Below, piece by piece: positions 51,408 through 60,990 of a stretch of DNA of 64,000 nucleotides. The stretch comes from Sphingomonadales bacterium. Lineage in GTDB: Bacteria; Pseudomonadota; Alphaproteobacteria; Sphingomonadales; Sphingomonadaceae. The stretch's first letter is position 1, and the number at the start of each line of letters is the position of its first letter. A program made the position numbers and the translations under genes. The stretch covers positions 676 through 64,675 of the forward strand of contig JBBRER010000003.1 of NCBI GenBank assembly GCA_038202745.1, read 5' to 3'. The notes beneath the pieces are model-generated. The model was not told where the DNA came from, made no database searches, and was given only the letters and a program-made list of their open reading frames with translations.

Positions 51408-53336
51408 CTACAAACCCTGGCAGACGTTTTGCTGGCTTGTGTCGAGGAACGGCGCGAACGGACAGTTGATGAAGCGCAGCCGCACTCCGCCCGCGCCAAA
51501 CGGCACCACCACGGTGTCCGAGCGGATCGCGAGCGGAGCGTTGCCGAACCCGCCGAGCGCCGCCCCGGCGTTGTTCAGCCCGAGGAAGCCGATCATGTCG
51601 TCCTGATCGATCCCGTCGCCCGAGACGCCGATCCCGCCGATCAGCGTGCTCCCGCGGTAGATCGGCACCGAGCCGGGGAATATCTGGATGCCGTTGGCCA
51701 CCCGAGCCTGCGCAGAACAGCGCCGCGGCGCATCGCTCGCGCTCGCGCCGGTGCTGAACTGCAGCCCCTGGACGATATTGCCCGCGATCAGCGCGGACTG
51801 CAGCCCGGTCGAGAACGGGTTGAACTGCGTGATCGGGCGCGACAGCGGACCGTTGGGCGTATTGAGCTGCCCATCGGGAAAGTAGGGCCGTGAGAGGTTG
51901 CCGCCCGCGCGGTCGGAAAACGCGATTTTGCCGGTGAGCGCGCTCGGATCGGCGAGGAACGTGCGCAGTGCGGGCACGAAATGGCGCACATCGGCGCTGG
52001 GATCGGCGGACAGCTCGGCGCCCGCGTTAGGGTGCGAAAAGAACGCCGCAGTACGCGCCTTCTGGAGCGAGACGTCGGTGCCGAAGATCGGCGCGTCGGG
52101 CGCGCGGACGATGCCGAGGATCTGGCCGCGCGTATCGACCACCGAGATCGACACTTGCGCGCGGCTGTCGAGCGGCTGACGGATTTGCCCTCGCGCCCGG
52201 GTCATGATCGTGAACGCCTGGACCAGCGTTTCGCGCACTTCGGCTGCGCTGAGCGGCTGCGCGATATCGCCCGCGTCGGTGCCCGCGCGAACCGGAAAGC
52301 GGTTGTTGCCCGCGCCGTCGGACAGCACGAACGCGTCGGGGTTGGGGAACTCGGCGGCGCGCGAGGGGCGGATACCAGAGGTTTCGGTGCCGTAAGCGGT
52401 CCCGGCGATCACCGCGCCGCCGGGATAATAGCCACGATACGGGACCAGCGCGCCGAGCGCGGGGACAGTCGCGGCAAAGCTCGCGCCCGCGAGCGAGGTC
52501 AGCGCCGGGTAGTCTACATCGGAGAAACGCAGCTGGGTACCGTCGACATAAACCCGGTCGGCGCGGATCGCGGTCGGTGCTTCGAAGCCGACGGTCCCGG
52601 CGAGCGCAATTTTCTCGTCGCGGTCGGAATCGATGTCGAGCACGTCGGGATCGAAAGCGTACTGCCCGTCGGCCAGAACCCCGACCCCGCCGACGAGCAC
52701 GCCGTTCTTGTAGAGCGGGAACCCGCCGGGATCGGCGGCGAGCCCGAGCGGCGAGCGCTGCGGCCCCATCGGGCCGTCGGCGGCGCGGGTCGAAAGGTCA
52801 GAGCACGGCAGCTGACTGAACTGGACCCCGAACAACGGCCCGCTTTCGAGCCCCGGGGTCGAGGCCGCGGGGGGAAAGTGCTGCTGGACGATCTGGCTCG
52901 CGGTGCGCGAGGAGAACGCGTTGCCCGCGCTCGACAGGTAAGCCCCGGTGATCGCCTTGGCGATCGCGGCGGCCTCGGCGGGGACCACCGCGCCCTGGAT
53001 GTCCAGATCGGCGCCGCCCGGCGCGTGAGACACCAGCGCGGTCGCGGGCGCGCCGGTCATTTTGAGCACCGCGAGCACATTGCCGACCCGGTCGGTCACC
53101 GCGATTACTGCGGGCGCGCTGTCGGCGCGCGCCTGCGCGGCGGCTTCGGCGAGGACTTTCTGGACGTCGATCACGCTCAACGATTCGGCGGCGGGGACCG
53201 CCAAGACGCCGCCCACGGGTGGCGGCGTTGGCGTCGGCGTCGTGCCTCCGGTCGCGCCGCCCCCGCTTGTTCCGCCGCCCCCGCACGCGACGAGCGCGAA
53301 GCACGCCAGCGCGGCTATCCCCCGCCTGCCCCGCAT
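51408..53336 (-). CDS. lipoprotein with two GlcG/HbpS-like (DUF336, haem-binding/degrading-like) domains
   Basis: Lipobox FALVAC followed by a Gly/Thr/Pro linker. Domain 1 reads AVIAVTDRVGNVLAV...AAAIAKAITGAY. Domain 2 reads SISVVDTRGQILGIV...SLQKARTAAFF...IGGIGVSGDGIDQDD. Confidence 0.65.
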   Translation of the reverse strand: MRGRRGIAALACFALVACGGGGTSGGGATGGTTPTPTPPPVGGVLAVPAAESLSVIDVQKVLAEAAAQARADSAPAVIAVTDRVGNVLAVLKMTGAPATALVSHAPGGADLDIQGAVVPAEAAAIAKAITGAYLSSAGNAFSSRTASQIVQQHFPPAASTPGLESGPLFGVQFSQLPCSDLSTRAADGPMGPQRSPLGLAADPGGFPLYKNGVLVGGVGVLADGQYAFDPDVLDIDSDRDEKIALAGTVGFEAPTAIRADRVYVDGTQLRFSDVDYPALTSLAGASFAATVPALGALVPYRGYYPGGAVIAGTAYGTETSGIRPSRAAEFPNPDAFVLSDGAGNNRFPVRAGTDAGDIAQPLSAAEVRETLVQAFTIMTRARGQIRQPLDSRAQVSISVVDTRGQILGIVRAPDAPIFGTDVSLQKARTAAFFSHPNAGAELSADPSADVRHFVPALRTFLADPSALTGKIAFSDRAGGNLSRPYFPDGQLNTPNGPLSRPITQFNPFSTGLQSALIAGNIVQGLQFSTGASASDAPRRCSAQARVANGIQIFPGSVPIYRGSTLIGGIGVSGDGIDQDDMIGFLGLNNAGAALGGFGNAPLAIRSDTVVVPFGAGGVRLRFINCPFAPFLDTSQQNVCQGL

Positions 53337-54679
53337 CAGCGCAGCGACCCGATCGCGCGCGCGGCTTCGCCCAGCGCGGCGCGGAAGCCGGCGGGATCGT
53401 AAGTGTTGGGGTTCTTCACCGCGGCATAGGCGCGGTCGATATTGCCGCGGATCCCCGCCGCCGCGCCGACCGTCACCCGACCTTCGCGGACCAGCGCGCC
53501 CAGCAGAGTATCGACCGCCATCACCGCCTGAACCGAACCTTCATAATCGGTGAACCGCGCCGCGGTCGTCCGCTCGGCGATCCGCGCGACCACGGTGAAC
53601 GCGGTGTCGGGCGAATAGCCGTGGTCGAGCCGTCCGGCGAGTGCGTTCGCTGCGGCATTGAGCTTGACCGCCGCTGCCATCGCTTCACCGCGTCCCGCGC
53701 CCATCGCGCCGTGGAAGGCGCGACTGGCGGACGCGAACCCCGCAGCGGATTCAGGCGCCAGCGTTTTTGCGACCGCATCGAGCAGGATCGCATTCTCGTC
53801 GTTGAACGGCGGCGTCGCGAACGGGATCGGGCGCCCCGGATTGGTCTCGAACGTCAGCTTGCGCGCGGGGCCGTCGGTGATCTGGCGGTGGCACGAATGG
53901 CAATCGAAGAAATAGAATTCGGGGAACAGCCCTTGCGAACCCAGCTGCGGGCGCGTGAACAGCGCGGTCTGGCGCGCGACCGCTTCGGCCTGCCCGACCG
54001 CCCACAGCCGTACGCTGTCGGTCCTGGGCTTGCGCGCCGTGTAGCGCGCGTCCTCGGTCCAGTGCTGCTGAAGCGCGGAAAACAGATCGAGCTCGAACGC
54101 AACGCGCGGATGTCCCGCGGCCATCATCTTGTGCGTCACGAACTGCCCGGGCGCGGCGCTGCCGAAGTGGCAATCGAGGCACACCGAGGCGCGGCGGCGG
54201 GCGTCGACGAGGTCGGTCATCCCGTTACGGACGTTGGCGGCGTGCGATCCGGCCAGCGCGTAGTGGCTCGCGAGCCAGCCCGACGCCGCTCCGTGGCAGC
54301 TTTCGCAGCCGACCCCGTCGCTTATCTGGAACTGCGACCCGTGCGCGCTGCCGACGGTGGCGTGGCAGCCAAGGCACTGCGGCGCGGAAGTCGCGCTGCC
54401 GAGCCCGAGCGTCGCTGCGATCTGCCGACCGCGCGCTCCGCCGAGCACCGCGTAAGCGCGGCTATGCGCACCCGCCTGGCTCGACGGGTCCTGCCAGTGG
54501 AGGATTTCGTCCTGGCGGACATGCGCGCCGTTGCCTTCGGCGCGGCCGTGGCAGGTCGATCCCGCGCAGCTGGCGACGCCTTCGAACGTGCCCGCCGCGC
54601 CCGGCCCCGCGAAGGCCAGCGCCAGCAGCAGCGCCAGCGCCGCCCAAACTCCCGCGCTTCGCACTTCCCCCAACCGCAT
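53336..54679 (-). CDS. periplasmic multihaem c-type cytochrome (4 CXXCH + 1 CX4CH)
   Basis: ATG 54679 is 2 nt after the tpsA stop (an alternative GTG is at 54706). It has a signal peptide. Haem sites are CAGSTCH, CLGCH, CESCH, CLDCH and CHSCH. The C-terminal half is helical and has no haem sites. Confidence 0.75.
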   Translation of the reverse strand: MRLGEVRSAGVWAALALLLALAFAGPGAAGTFEGVASCAGSTCHGRAEGNGAHVRQDEILHWQDPSSQAGAHSRAYAVLGGARGRQIAATLGLGSATSAPQCLGCHATVGSAHGSQFQISDGVGCESCHGAASGWLASHYALAGSHAANVRNGMTDLVDARRRASVCLDCHFGSAAPGQFVTHKMMAAGHPRVAFELDLFSALQQHWTEDARYTARKPRTDSVRLWAVGQAEAVARQTALFTRPQLGSQGLFPEFYFFDCHSCHRQITDGPARKLTFETNPGRPIPFATPPFNDENAILLDAVAKTLAPESAAGFASASRAFHGAMGAGRGEAMAAAVKLNAAANALAGRLDHGYSPDTAFTVVARIAERTTAARFTDYEGSVQAVMAVDTLLGALVREGRVTVGAAAGIRGNIDRAYAAVKNPNTYDPAGFRAALGEAARAIGSLR

Positions 54680-54681
54680 CG

Positions 54682-57600
54682 TCACCCGCCGTCGTTGTCG
54701 GGACACTCCCCGCCGGAGCCATCCTTAGCGCGGTTGCAGCGCTCCTGCCACAAGTCGTCGTTGCCGACGCCGGTCACCGGCTCGTCGATCAGCGGGGGCG
54801 AATCGAACGGCTCGAGCGCGCGGTATTGGAGCAGCGGGAGGAGCAGCGCTAGCGAACCCTCGCCTTGGCCGGTAAGCGAGCCCGAGATCGTCGACGTGCC
54901 CGGTCCGACGCGCATCGCGAGCACACAATCGAGCCCGATGATGCAGCCGTTGATCGTCGAGAAGCGGTCGAACTGCCCGGTGCTGAGCGCAGGTCGGCCA
55001 TTGATCAGAATCGTACCCGCGGTGTCGAGCCCGTAGTGCGGCACCCCGCCGGCGAACGTCATCCCGTTGATGACGATCTGCGTCGCCGCGCTGGTGGTCG
55101 TGATCGCGATGCCGTTCGCGGAGAACCCGCGGCGATCGGCGTAGGGCGCGCCCGTCCCACTGTTCTGGATGAACAAGCCCCCAGTCGCAGTCAGGTTGAT
55201 TTGCCCGGCCTGGAGCCAGCCGCCGGCGATCGGAGCCACGTCGTTCACCGCCAGCCGCGCGTTGATCGCGTCGGTCGACTGGCCCGCGATGTCGGTGAGC
55301 GCCGCTTGGCTCGCCACCGCGATGATCCCGCCGACGAGGTCGAGCGTCCCGCCAAGCGCGCCCGCAGCGTCGCGCATGACGATGCTGCCGGTGTCCGCGA
55401 CAACGTCGATCCGTGACGGGTCGATCGAGAAACGGTCGGCGGCGCTACTTGTTGTCAGCCGCACCGCGCCGGTGACCGCAACCCGCCCCGGGGTGAGTAG
55501 CTTGAACTCGCCCCCAGTCCCGATGTTGGCGTTCGCGCCATAGCTCAGTGCGAGTTGTCCGACGATGAAATCGGCGACGGTCGCGGGGTTGACGGTGACC
55601 GGCACCGTGATCGTGATCCGCTGGTCGGCAAACAGCTGCAAGGCTTCGCTCGCCGACAGGCTCCACGCCCCCGCTTGCGTCGCGCCGCCGATGAAGGTGC
55701 GGCCCGTCGAAATGCCGTTGGTCAGCACGATCGTCTGGGTCGTCCCGCGCAATCCGACCCGCGCGGTCGCGCCCAGCACGATGTCGCTCGACGTGAGCGC
55801 GATCGTCCGGCCCAGAATGAGGCTGCCTGCGGTGAACGCGCCGCCCGCGCGCGCCGTCAGCGCGTTGATAGCGGTCACCGGGGCGTCGGCGGTGATCGCG
55901 CCGCCCGCGACCAGCGTGACCGAATCACCCGAGACCGCACCCGTCGCATGAAGTGTGCCGCCGGTGCTGGTCAGCGTGGTCGCGCCGGTCGCGCTCGCGC
56001 CGGCGATATCGAGATTGCCCGCGGTTCGCACCGACAGCGCGCCCGCGCTCGCGGTCGCGCTGGTTACAGTCAGCGCGCCCGGCGAAACCAGATCGACGCT
56101 GCGCCCTTGCGCGGTCACCGCGCCAACCGAAGTCAGGTTCGCAACGCCGACCGCGCCATTCACCGCGCGCAGCAGCGTCGTCCCACCCGAAGCGAGTTGC
56201 GCCAGAGTGACCCCCCCGGGTGCGATGATCTGCGCGTTTCCGTTAGCGCTCAGCGGAGTGGTGGCGACCACCGTCCCGCTGGCCGATGTCACCGCCAGCG
56301 CACCGTTTGAAGCGACCGAGCCACCCAGCACGACGTTGCCGTTCGCGCTCAGCGTAATCCCCACGCCGCTGAGCGCGCCCGCGGTCGTGAGTGCGCCGCC
56401 GGTCGATGTCACTCCTAGCGCACCGCTCGCAGCGACCGAGCCGCCCAGCACGACGTTCCCGTTCGCGCTGAGCGTCACCCCCGCACCGCTGAGCGGGCCG
56501 GCGGTCGTGAGCGCACCATTGGTCGATGTCACGCCCAACGCACCGTTGGAAGCGACCGAACCGCCCAGCACGACATTGCCGTTCGCGCTCAGCGTAATCC
56601 CCGCGCCGCTGACGGCGCCGGTCGTCGTGAGCGCCCCGCCGGTGCTGGTCAGCGCCACTGTGCCTGTCGCGCCCGCGGTGCCCGTCGTCAGGTTGCCCGC
56701 GGTGGTGACCGCGAGATTGCCCGCCGTCGCTTGGGCCGAGGTGAACGTCAGCGCGCCGGGCGAAGTCACCGACGCGCCGCGCCCAAGCAGCGTCACCGCT
56801 CCGGGCGAAGTCAGCGCGTTCACGGTGACATTGCCGTTCGTCGCGCGCAGCAGCGTGGTCCCGCCCGACTGGACGCCCGCAAGGTTCATGCCCTGCGCGG
56901 CATCGAGGCTGACGTTCCCAACCGCGCTGACCGTCCCCGGCGCGCTGAACGTTCCGCCCGCGGTCACGCTGAGCGCCCCGAGCGAGGCCAGCGCCGCGTC
57001 CGACTGGACGTTGCCCGCGGCGGTATAGGCTATCCCGACCCCGTGGACCGCGCCGGTGTTGTGGATCGCGCCGGCGGTGCTGGCCAGCGCGACCGACCCG
57101 GTCGCATCGACGGTGGTCAGATCGAGGTTGCCCGCGGTGCGGATCGACAAGTTGCCCGCGGTCGCGTCGGCGTCGGCGAAGCTGAGCGCGCCGAGCGAAT
57201 TGAGATCGACCGAAGTGCCAAGCACCGTAACGAGCCCAGTCGAACGCAAGTCGTTGCTCACGCTCACCGCCCCGCCCGGCGCGCGCAGCAGCGTGGTCCC
57301 GCCCGAAACGAGATCGGTCAGCGAAATCCCGGTGCCGGCGACGATGCTGACATTGCCCGCGCTCGTCAGCCGGCCGCTGCCCGCAAGATTACGGCCGATG
57401 GTGAAATCGATCGGACCCGCCACATCGAGGCTTGCGCCCGGAGCGATCGTCAGCGCCGCGGCGCGCGGAGTGACCAGCATGAACTGCCCGCCCACTTTGA
57501 GCGGCGCACCAGCGATCGACCCGGTAAACCCATTGCCCGCCGCGCCGGTCGCGCCGTCGCCGCGCACGCTCAGGTCGCCCGCGATGGCCAGCCCGGCTCC

Positions 57601-60600
57601 CGCGTTGCCGACGGTGACCGTAAGCCCCGTCGTCCCACCGACGTCGGCATTGCCCGCCCCGTCGACGCCTTGCGCCTCGATATCGAGGCTGGCGAGCTTG
57701 CGCGGGGTGACTGCGCCGCTCAGCGTGTCGGTCAGCGCGAAAATTGCGGTGCCCCCGGCGCCGCGCCCGATGATCGAGCCCGCGCCGCCGAAGCCGCTCG
57801 CCTCGACCAGCGTCGGCCCCAAGTCGAATGCCCCATCCGCGACCGCTATCGCCGCGCTTCCCGCTGCCGCGTTGCCGCCTGCGCCCTGCGTCGTGGTGCC
57901 CGGACCGCCGTTGCCGCCAAATGCGTCCGCAAAGACGGATACGCCCGACGGCGCGGTCACGCGCGCGCTGCTCCCCGCGGGCATCGTCAGCGTCGCGGTG
58001 CCGCCCGTTCCGTCACCGCCGTTGCCGCCGGCGCCGAACGGATTGCTTGCGCCGTTCCCGCCGAAGCCGCCCGCGTCGATGTCGATCGCGGGCGTGTCGA
58101 GCGTGCCCGCGCTTGCGGTCAGCGATGCCATGCCGCCGAAGCCTTTGCCCGCGACCGCTGCAACCTCGCCAGCAGCGGCTACGCGAGCCGCCGAGCCGCC
58201 GAACCCGCTGGCATAGATCGCGAGATCGGTCGCGGTCGCGCTCCCCCCGCTCAGCACGAAGCGCGCCGAACCGCCCCGGCCGTCGCCCGCGGCATAGGCC
58301 GCTCCGGCACTCGACGCCGAGGTTCCCCCGGTTCCAAGCGCGCTGATCTCGAGCGCGGCGCTGTTCAACTTGCCCGCGCCCACGGTGATCGAGGCATCGC
58401 CTCCGGTGCCTTTGCCGCCGTTGCCGCGCACCGCGACTTTGCCCGCGCTCGCGCCCGCGGCATTGCCGTCGGCGCTGACCCGCGTGAACCCGCCGAGCGT
58501 CATCGTCCCGAGAACGCCGGTGACGTCGATCGAGGCGATGCCCCCGGTTGCGTTGAAGCCTTGGCCGGTTAGATCGGCGAAAACCCCGTCGCTCGCGTCG
58601 GCGGTGACCGTCGTCGTCCCCGCGATCGACACGCTGCCGTCGCTGGCGAATAGCCGCGCGGTGCCGCCGGTCGCATTCGATGCCTGCGTCCCGTTGCCGC
58701 CGAAGCCTTGGGCGCCGATCAGCGTGTCGCCGCTGCCGATCCGGCCTGCGCGGATATCGAGCACGCCGCCGTTCTGCGCGCCCGCGACCGCACTGCCGCC
58801 CGTCGCTTGCCCGGCGGTCGTGCTCGCGCCGATCCCCGTGGCGTTGGCGTTGAGCGCCAGGCCGAACGCGCGAATTGAACCGCCGTCGGCGATCAGCGAG
58901 ACGCTCCCGCCGCGCACGTCCGGGCTGGTCGTCGGCTTGGTTCCGAAGGAGGGCACGAACACGCTGGCGTTGGCATGAACGTCGATCTTTCCCGCGACGT
59001 TGAGCGCGCCGCCGCCGCTCGCGCGGATCGTCGCGGTCCCGCCCTGGGCGAAGCTTCCCGCGGGTCCATCGACCCCGCTCATCGCGTCGAGGCTGACGAT
59101 AAAATCGCCCGCCACGTCGAGCGAGCCCGGCCCCGCGACGTCGAGCGTGAACGTTCCCCCGGTCGGATCGAGCGCGCCGGAGCCGTCCATCGCGTCCCCT
59201 ATGCTTTGGAACGAGGTCCACGACTGCGCCTGCTTGGTCAGGCTGATCGCAACATTGCCGCCGAAAGCATCGCCCGAGGTCGAGCCGAAGCCGCCTCGCG
59301 CGTTCGAATAGAGAGCGACATCGCCGAGTTTCAGGAACCCGCCCAAAGTGTCGGCCGGTTGGGCTTTGTCCTGTCCGGTGTCGCCGATCGAAATCGAGCC
59401 CCCACGGGCATTGCCGCCGATCGTCCCGCTGCCGCCGTTGGCGGAGGCAACGAGTGTCGTCGAACCGGCCGACAGCGTTCCGCCGTAACCCGCCGACAAA
59501 GCGATCGTTCCGCCGATCCCGTCACCGCCCGTATCGCTGCCGAACCCGCCGTAGCCCGAGGCATCGATAAAGAGCGAACCGAAATCGAGCGTGCCGCCGT
59601 TGGCCGCGAACGAAACGCTCCCGCCGGTCCCGGCCAATCCGAATTGCCCGCTGTCCGACGACGTGCCGTAGCCGGTTGCATACGCTGTGACCGATCCTGT
59701 CACACGGATCAGCCCGGGCAGGGTGTCGATGTCCGACGGCCCCGCGACCATCGAAATCGTGCCACCGTCGGTCGAAGTCCCCGCGTAAAGATTGAGCGCG
59801 CCATTGACCACAATGTTCGAGCCGGCGCGCGCGTTGAGTGAGATTTGGTGCGCCGAAACAAGCGTGGTGTCACCGCCGAAGGTCAGATCGGCGCCCGGCT
59901 TGGGCGCAAGCGAGAGCAGGTTCTCGGCATAAATCGTCGAGCGGTTGAGGATGGCCGCGTTCGACAGTGAGAGGTTGGCGAGCGCCGGACTGGCGGTGGT
60001 GAGCGAGTATGGATTGCCCGCCTGGAGGATCACCGAGCTGCCGTCCTGCGCCGCGACCGCCGCCGGGGTGTAGCCGATCGTCCCCGACAGCAGCATCGTC
60101 AGCGCGGTGTTCTTCGGCACCGCGACGATCTTGACTTGTTGCTGATCGCCCAGGCCGGTCGAGGCCGGGCCGCCGGTGGTCCCGGTATGGACGATGCCGT
60201 TGGCGTCGTCGGTCCCCTCGGAGATCGTCATATCGATATCGACCAGCCCAGCGTTGAAGCTGATTTGCCCTGCGTTGCCCGCCGCAAGCAACGCCTGGCC
60301 GTCGACGTTGATCGTCCCGCGCTGTTCGACGCGCGGCGAGAATACCGCGACGTAGCTGGCCGCGCCGGCCTGCCCGGCGTTGATCGTCGCGCCCGGCTGG
60401 ATCACCACCGAACCACCGGCGCCGCTGAACGATGCCGATAGTTTGGTGTCGAGCGTGCCGCCATTGGCCTGCAAGTCGTTGGTCGTCAGCAGCAGGCTGC
60501 CGACGTTGAACGTCGCGGTGCCGCCGATGACGATCCCGGTCGGGCTGTAGAACCACACCCGGCCCCCCTGCACGCCGTTGATCGTGCTGTTGACCGTGCC

Positions 60601-60990
60601 GTTGAAGGCGACCCGGCGCGCTACCGGGTTACCCTGCGCGTCGACCGGGATGATCCGGTTGAGCACGGTGAAATCGGGTGCGCCGCTGGCCCCACCCATG
60701 AAATTCGCCGTGGTGCCCGCGGGCTGGAACTCGATGTCGGTGGGCCCGGCCCCCCGGTCGGTCGGGGTCCAGTTGATGATCGATTCGCGCGAGAACGGCG
60801 TAATGTCGGTCCGTCCCGAGCTGGTCGACACCGAGGCGCTGCCCGAGACGACCGTGGCGCTGCCCTGGAAAGATTGTGCGTCGAGTTCGGAGCCCACGGA
60901 CAGCGCCAGCAGCGTGGCGGAGGCACAACCCGCGAACAGCATCGCTCGGTACTGATTACGGCGCTCGGATTGGGCAAGGCGGGTGGTCAT
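54682..60990 (-). CDS. two-partner-secretion exoprotein (TpsA, filamentous-haemagglutinin-like beta-helix), 2102 aa
   Basis: ATG 60990 (ATGA overlap with the tpsB stop), a signal peptide, and a divergent TPS domain (IINW...FTVLNRI...VWFYSPTGIVIGG). About 1900 aa of Gly/Ala/Thr/Ser-rich repeats follow, ending in a Cys-containing C-terminus CNRAKDGSGGEC. Confidence 0.8.
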   Translation of the reverse strand: MTTRLAQSERRNQYRAMLFAGCASATLLALSVGSELDAQSFQGSATVVSGSASVSTSSGRTDITPFSRESIINWTPTDRGAGPTDIEFQPAGTTANFMGGASGAPDFTVLNRIIPVDAQGNPVARRVAFNGTVNSTINGVQGGRVWFYSPTGIVIGGTATFNVGSLLLTTNDLQANGGTLDTKLSASFSGAGGSVVIQPGATINAGQAGAASYVAVFSPRVEQRGTINVDGQALLAAGNAGQISFNAGLVDIDMTISEGTDDANGIVHTGTTGGPASTGLGDQQQVKIVAVPKNTALTMLLSGTIGYTPAAVAAQDGSSVILQAGNPYSLTTASPALANLSLSNAAILNRSTIYAENLLSLAPKPGADLTFGGDTTLVSAHQISLNARAGSNIVVNGALNLYAGTSTDGGTISMVAGPSDIDTLPGLIRVTGSVTAYATGYGTSSDSGQFGLAGTGGSVSFAANGGTLDFGSLFIDASGYGGFGSDTGGDGIGGTIALSAGYGGTLSAGSTTLVASANGGSGTIGGNARGGSISIGDTGQDKAQPADTLGGFLKLGDVALYSNARGGFGSTSGDAFGGNVAISLTKQAQSWTSFQSIGDAMDGSGALDPTGGTFTLDVAGPGSLDVAGDFIVSLDAMSGVDGPAGSFAQGGTATIRASGGGALNVAGKIDVHANASVFVPSFGTKPTTSPDVRGGSVSLIADGGSIRAFGLALNANATGIGASTTAGQATGGSAVAGAQNGGVLDIRAGRIGSGDTLIGAQGFGGNGTQASNATGGTARLFASDGSVSIAGTTTVTADASDGVFADLTGQGFNATGGIASIDVTGVLGTMTLGGFTRVSADGNAAGASAGKVAVRGNGGKGTGGDASITVGAGKLNSAALEISALGTGGTSASSAGAAYAAGDGRGGSARFVLSGGSATATDLAIYASGFGGSAARVAAAGEVAAVAGKGFGGMASLTASAGTLDTPAIDIDAGGFGGNGASNPFGAGGNGGDGTGGTATLTMPAGSSARVTAPSGVSVFADAFGGNGGPGTTTQGAGGNAAAGSAAIAVADGAFDLGPTLVEASGFGGAGSIIGRGAGGTAIFALTDTLSGAVTPRKLASLDIEAQGVDGAGNADVGGTTGLTVTVGNAGAGLAIAGDLSVRGDGATGAAGNGFTGSIAGAPLKVGGQFMLVTPRAAALTIAPGASLDVAGPIDFTIGRNLAGSGRLTSAGNVSIVAGTGISLTDLVSGGTTLLRAPGGAVSVSNDLRSTGLVTVLGTSVDLNSLGALSFADADATAGNLSIRTAGNLDLTTVDATGSVALASTAGAIHNTGAVHGVGIAYTAAGNVQSDAALASLGALSVTAGGTFSAPGTVSAVGNVSLDAAQGMNLAGVQSGGTTLLRATNGNVTVNALTSPGAVTLLGRGASVTSPGALTFTSAQATAGNLAVTTAGNLTTGTAGATGTVALTSTGGALTTTGAVSGAGITLSANGNVVLGGSVASNGALGVTSTNGALTTAGPLSGAGVTLSANGNVVLGGSVAASGALGVTSTGGALTTAGALSGVGITLSANGNVVLGGSVASNGALAVTSASGTVVATTPLSANGNAQIIAPGGVTLAQLASGGTTLLRAVNGAVGVANLTSVGAVTAQGRSVDLVSPGALTVTSATASAGALSVRTAGNLDIAGASATGATTLTSTGGTLHATGAVSGDSVTLVAGGAITADAPVTAINALTARAGGAFTAGSLILGRTIALTSSDIVLGATARVGLRGTTQTIVLTNGISTGRTFIGGATQAGAWSLSASEALQLFADQRITITVPVTVNPATVADFIVGQLALSYGANANIGTGGEFKLLTPGRVAVTGAVRLTTSSAADRFSIDPSRIDVVADTGSIVMRDAAGALGGTLDLVGGIIAVASQAALTDIAGQSTDAINARLAVNDVAPIAGGWLQAGQINLTATGGLFIQNSGTGAPYADRRGFSANGIAITTTSAATQIVINGMTFAGGVPHYGLDTAGTILINGRPALSTGQFDRFSTINGCIIGLDCVLAMRVGPGTSTISGSLTGQGEGSLALLLPLLQYRALEPFDSPPLIDEPVTGVGNDDLWQERCNRAKDGSGGECPDNDGG
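56281..56640. repeat. 3 x 120-bp in-frame tandem repeat inside tpsA
   Basis: Units start at 56281, 56401 and 56521, and a partial fourth starts at 56641. They are aligned by eye with roughly 85-90 percent identity. Each encodes a 40-aa unit, GALTTAG.LSG.G.TLSANGNVVLGGSVA.NGAL.VTST. Confidence 0.8.

Noticed and set aside
56281-56640. CRISPR-like regular repeats
   Set aside because: The repeats are contiguous 120-bp units with no unique spacers, they are in frame within tpsA, and no cas genes are present.
55555-59841. Series of plus-strand ORFs (for example 55955..57028, 56731..58572, 57056..58216, 58975..59841)
   Set aside because: All lie antisense to the repetitive Gly/Ala/Thr-coding tpsA. 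Repeats with GC-rich codons keep every frame open, and the translations are Pro/Ala/Arg low-complexity.
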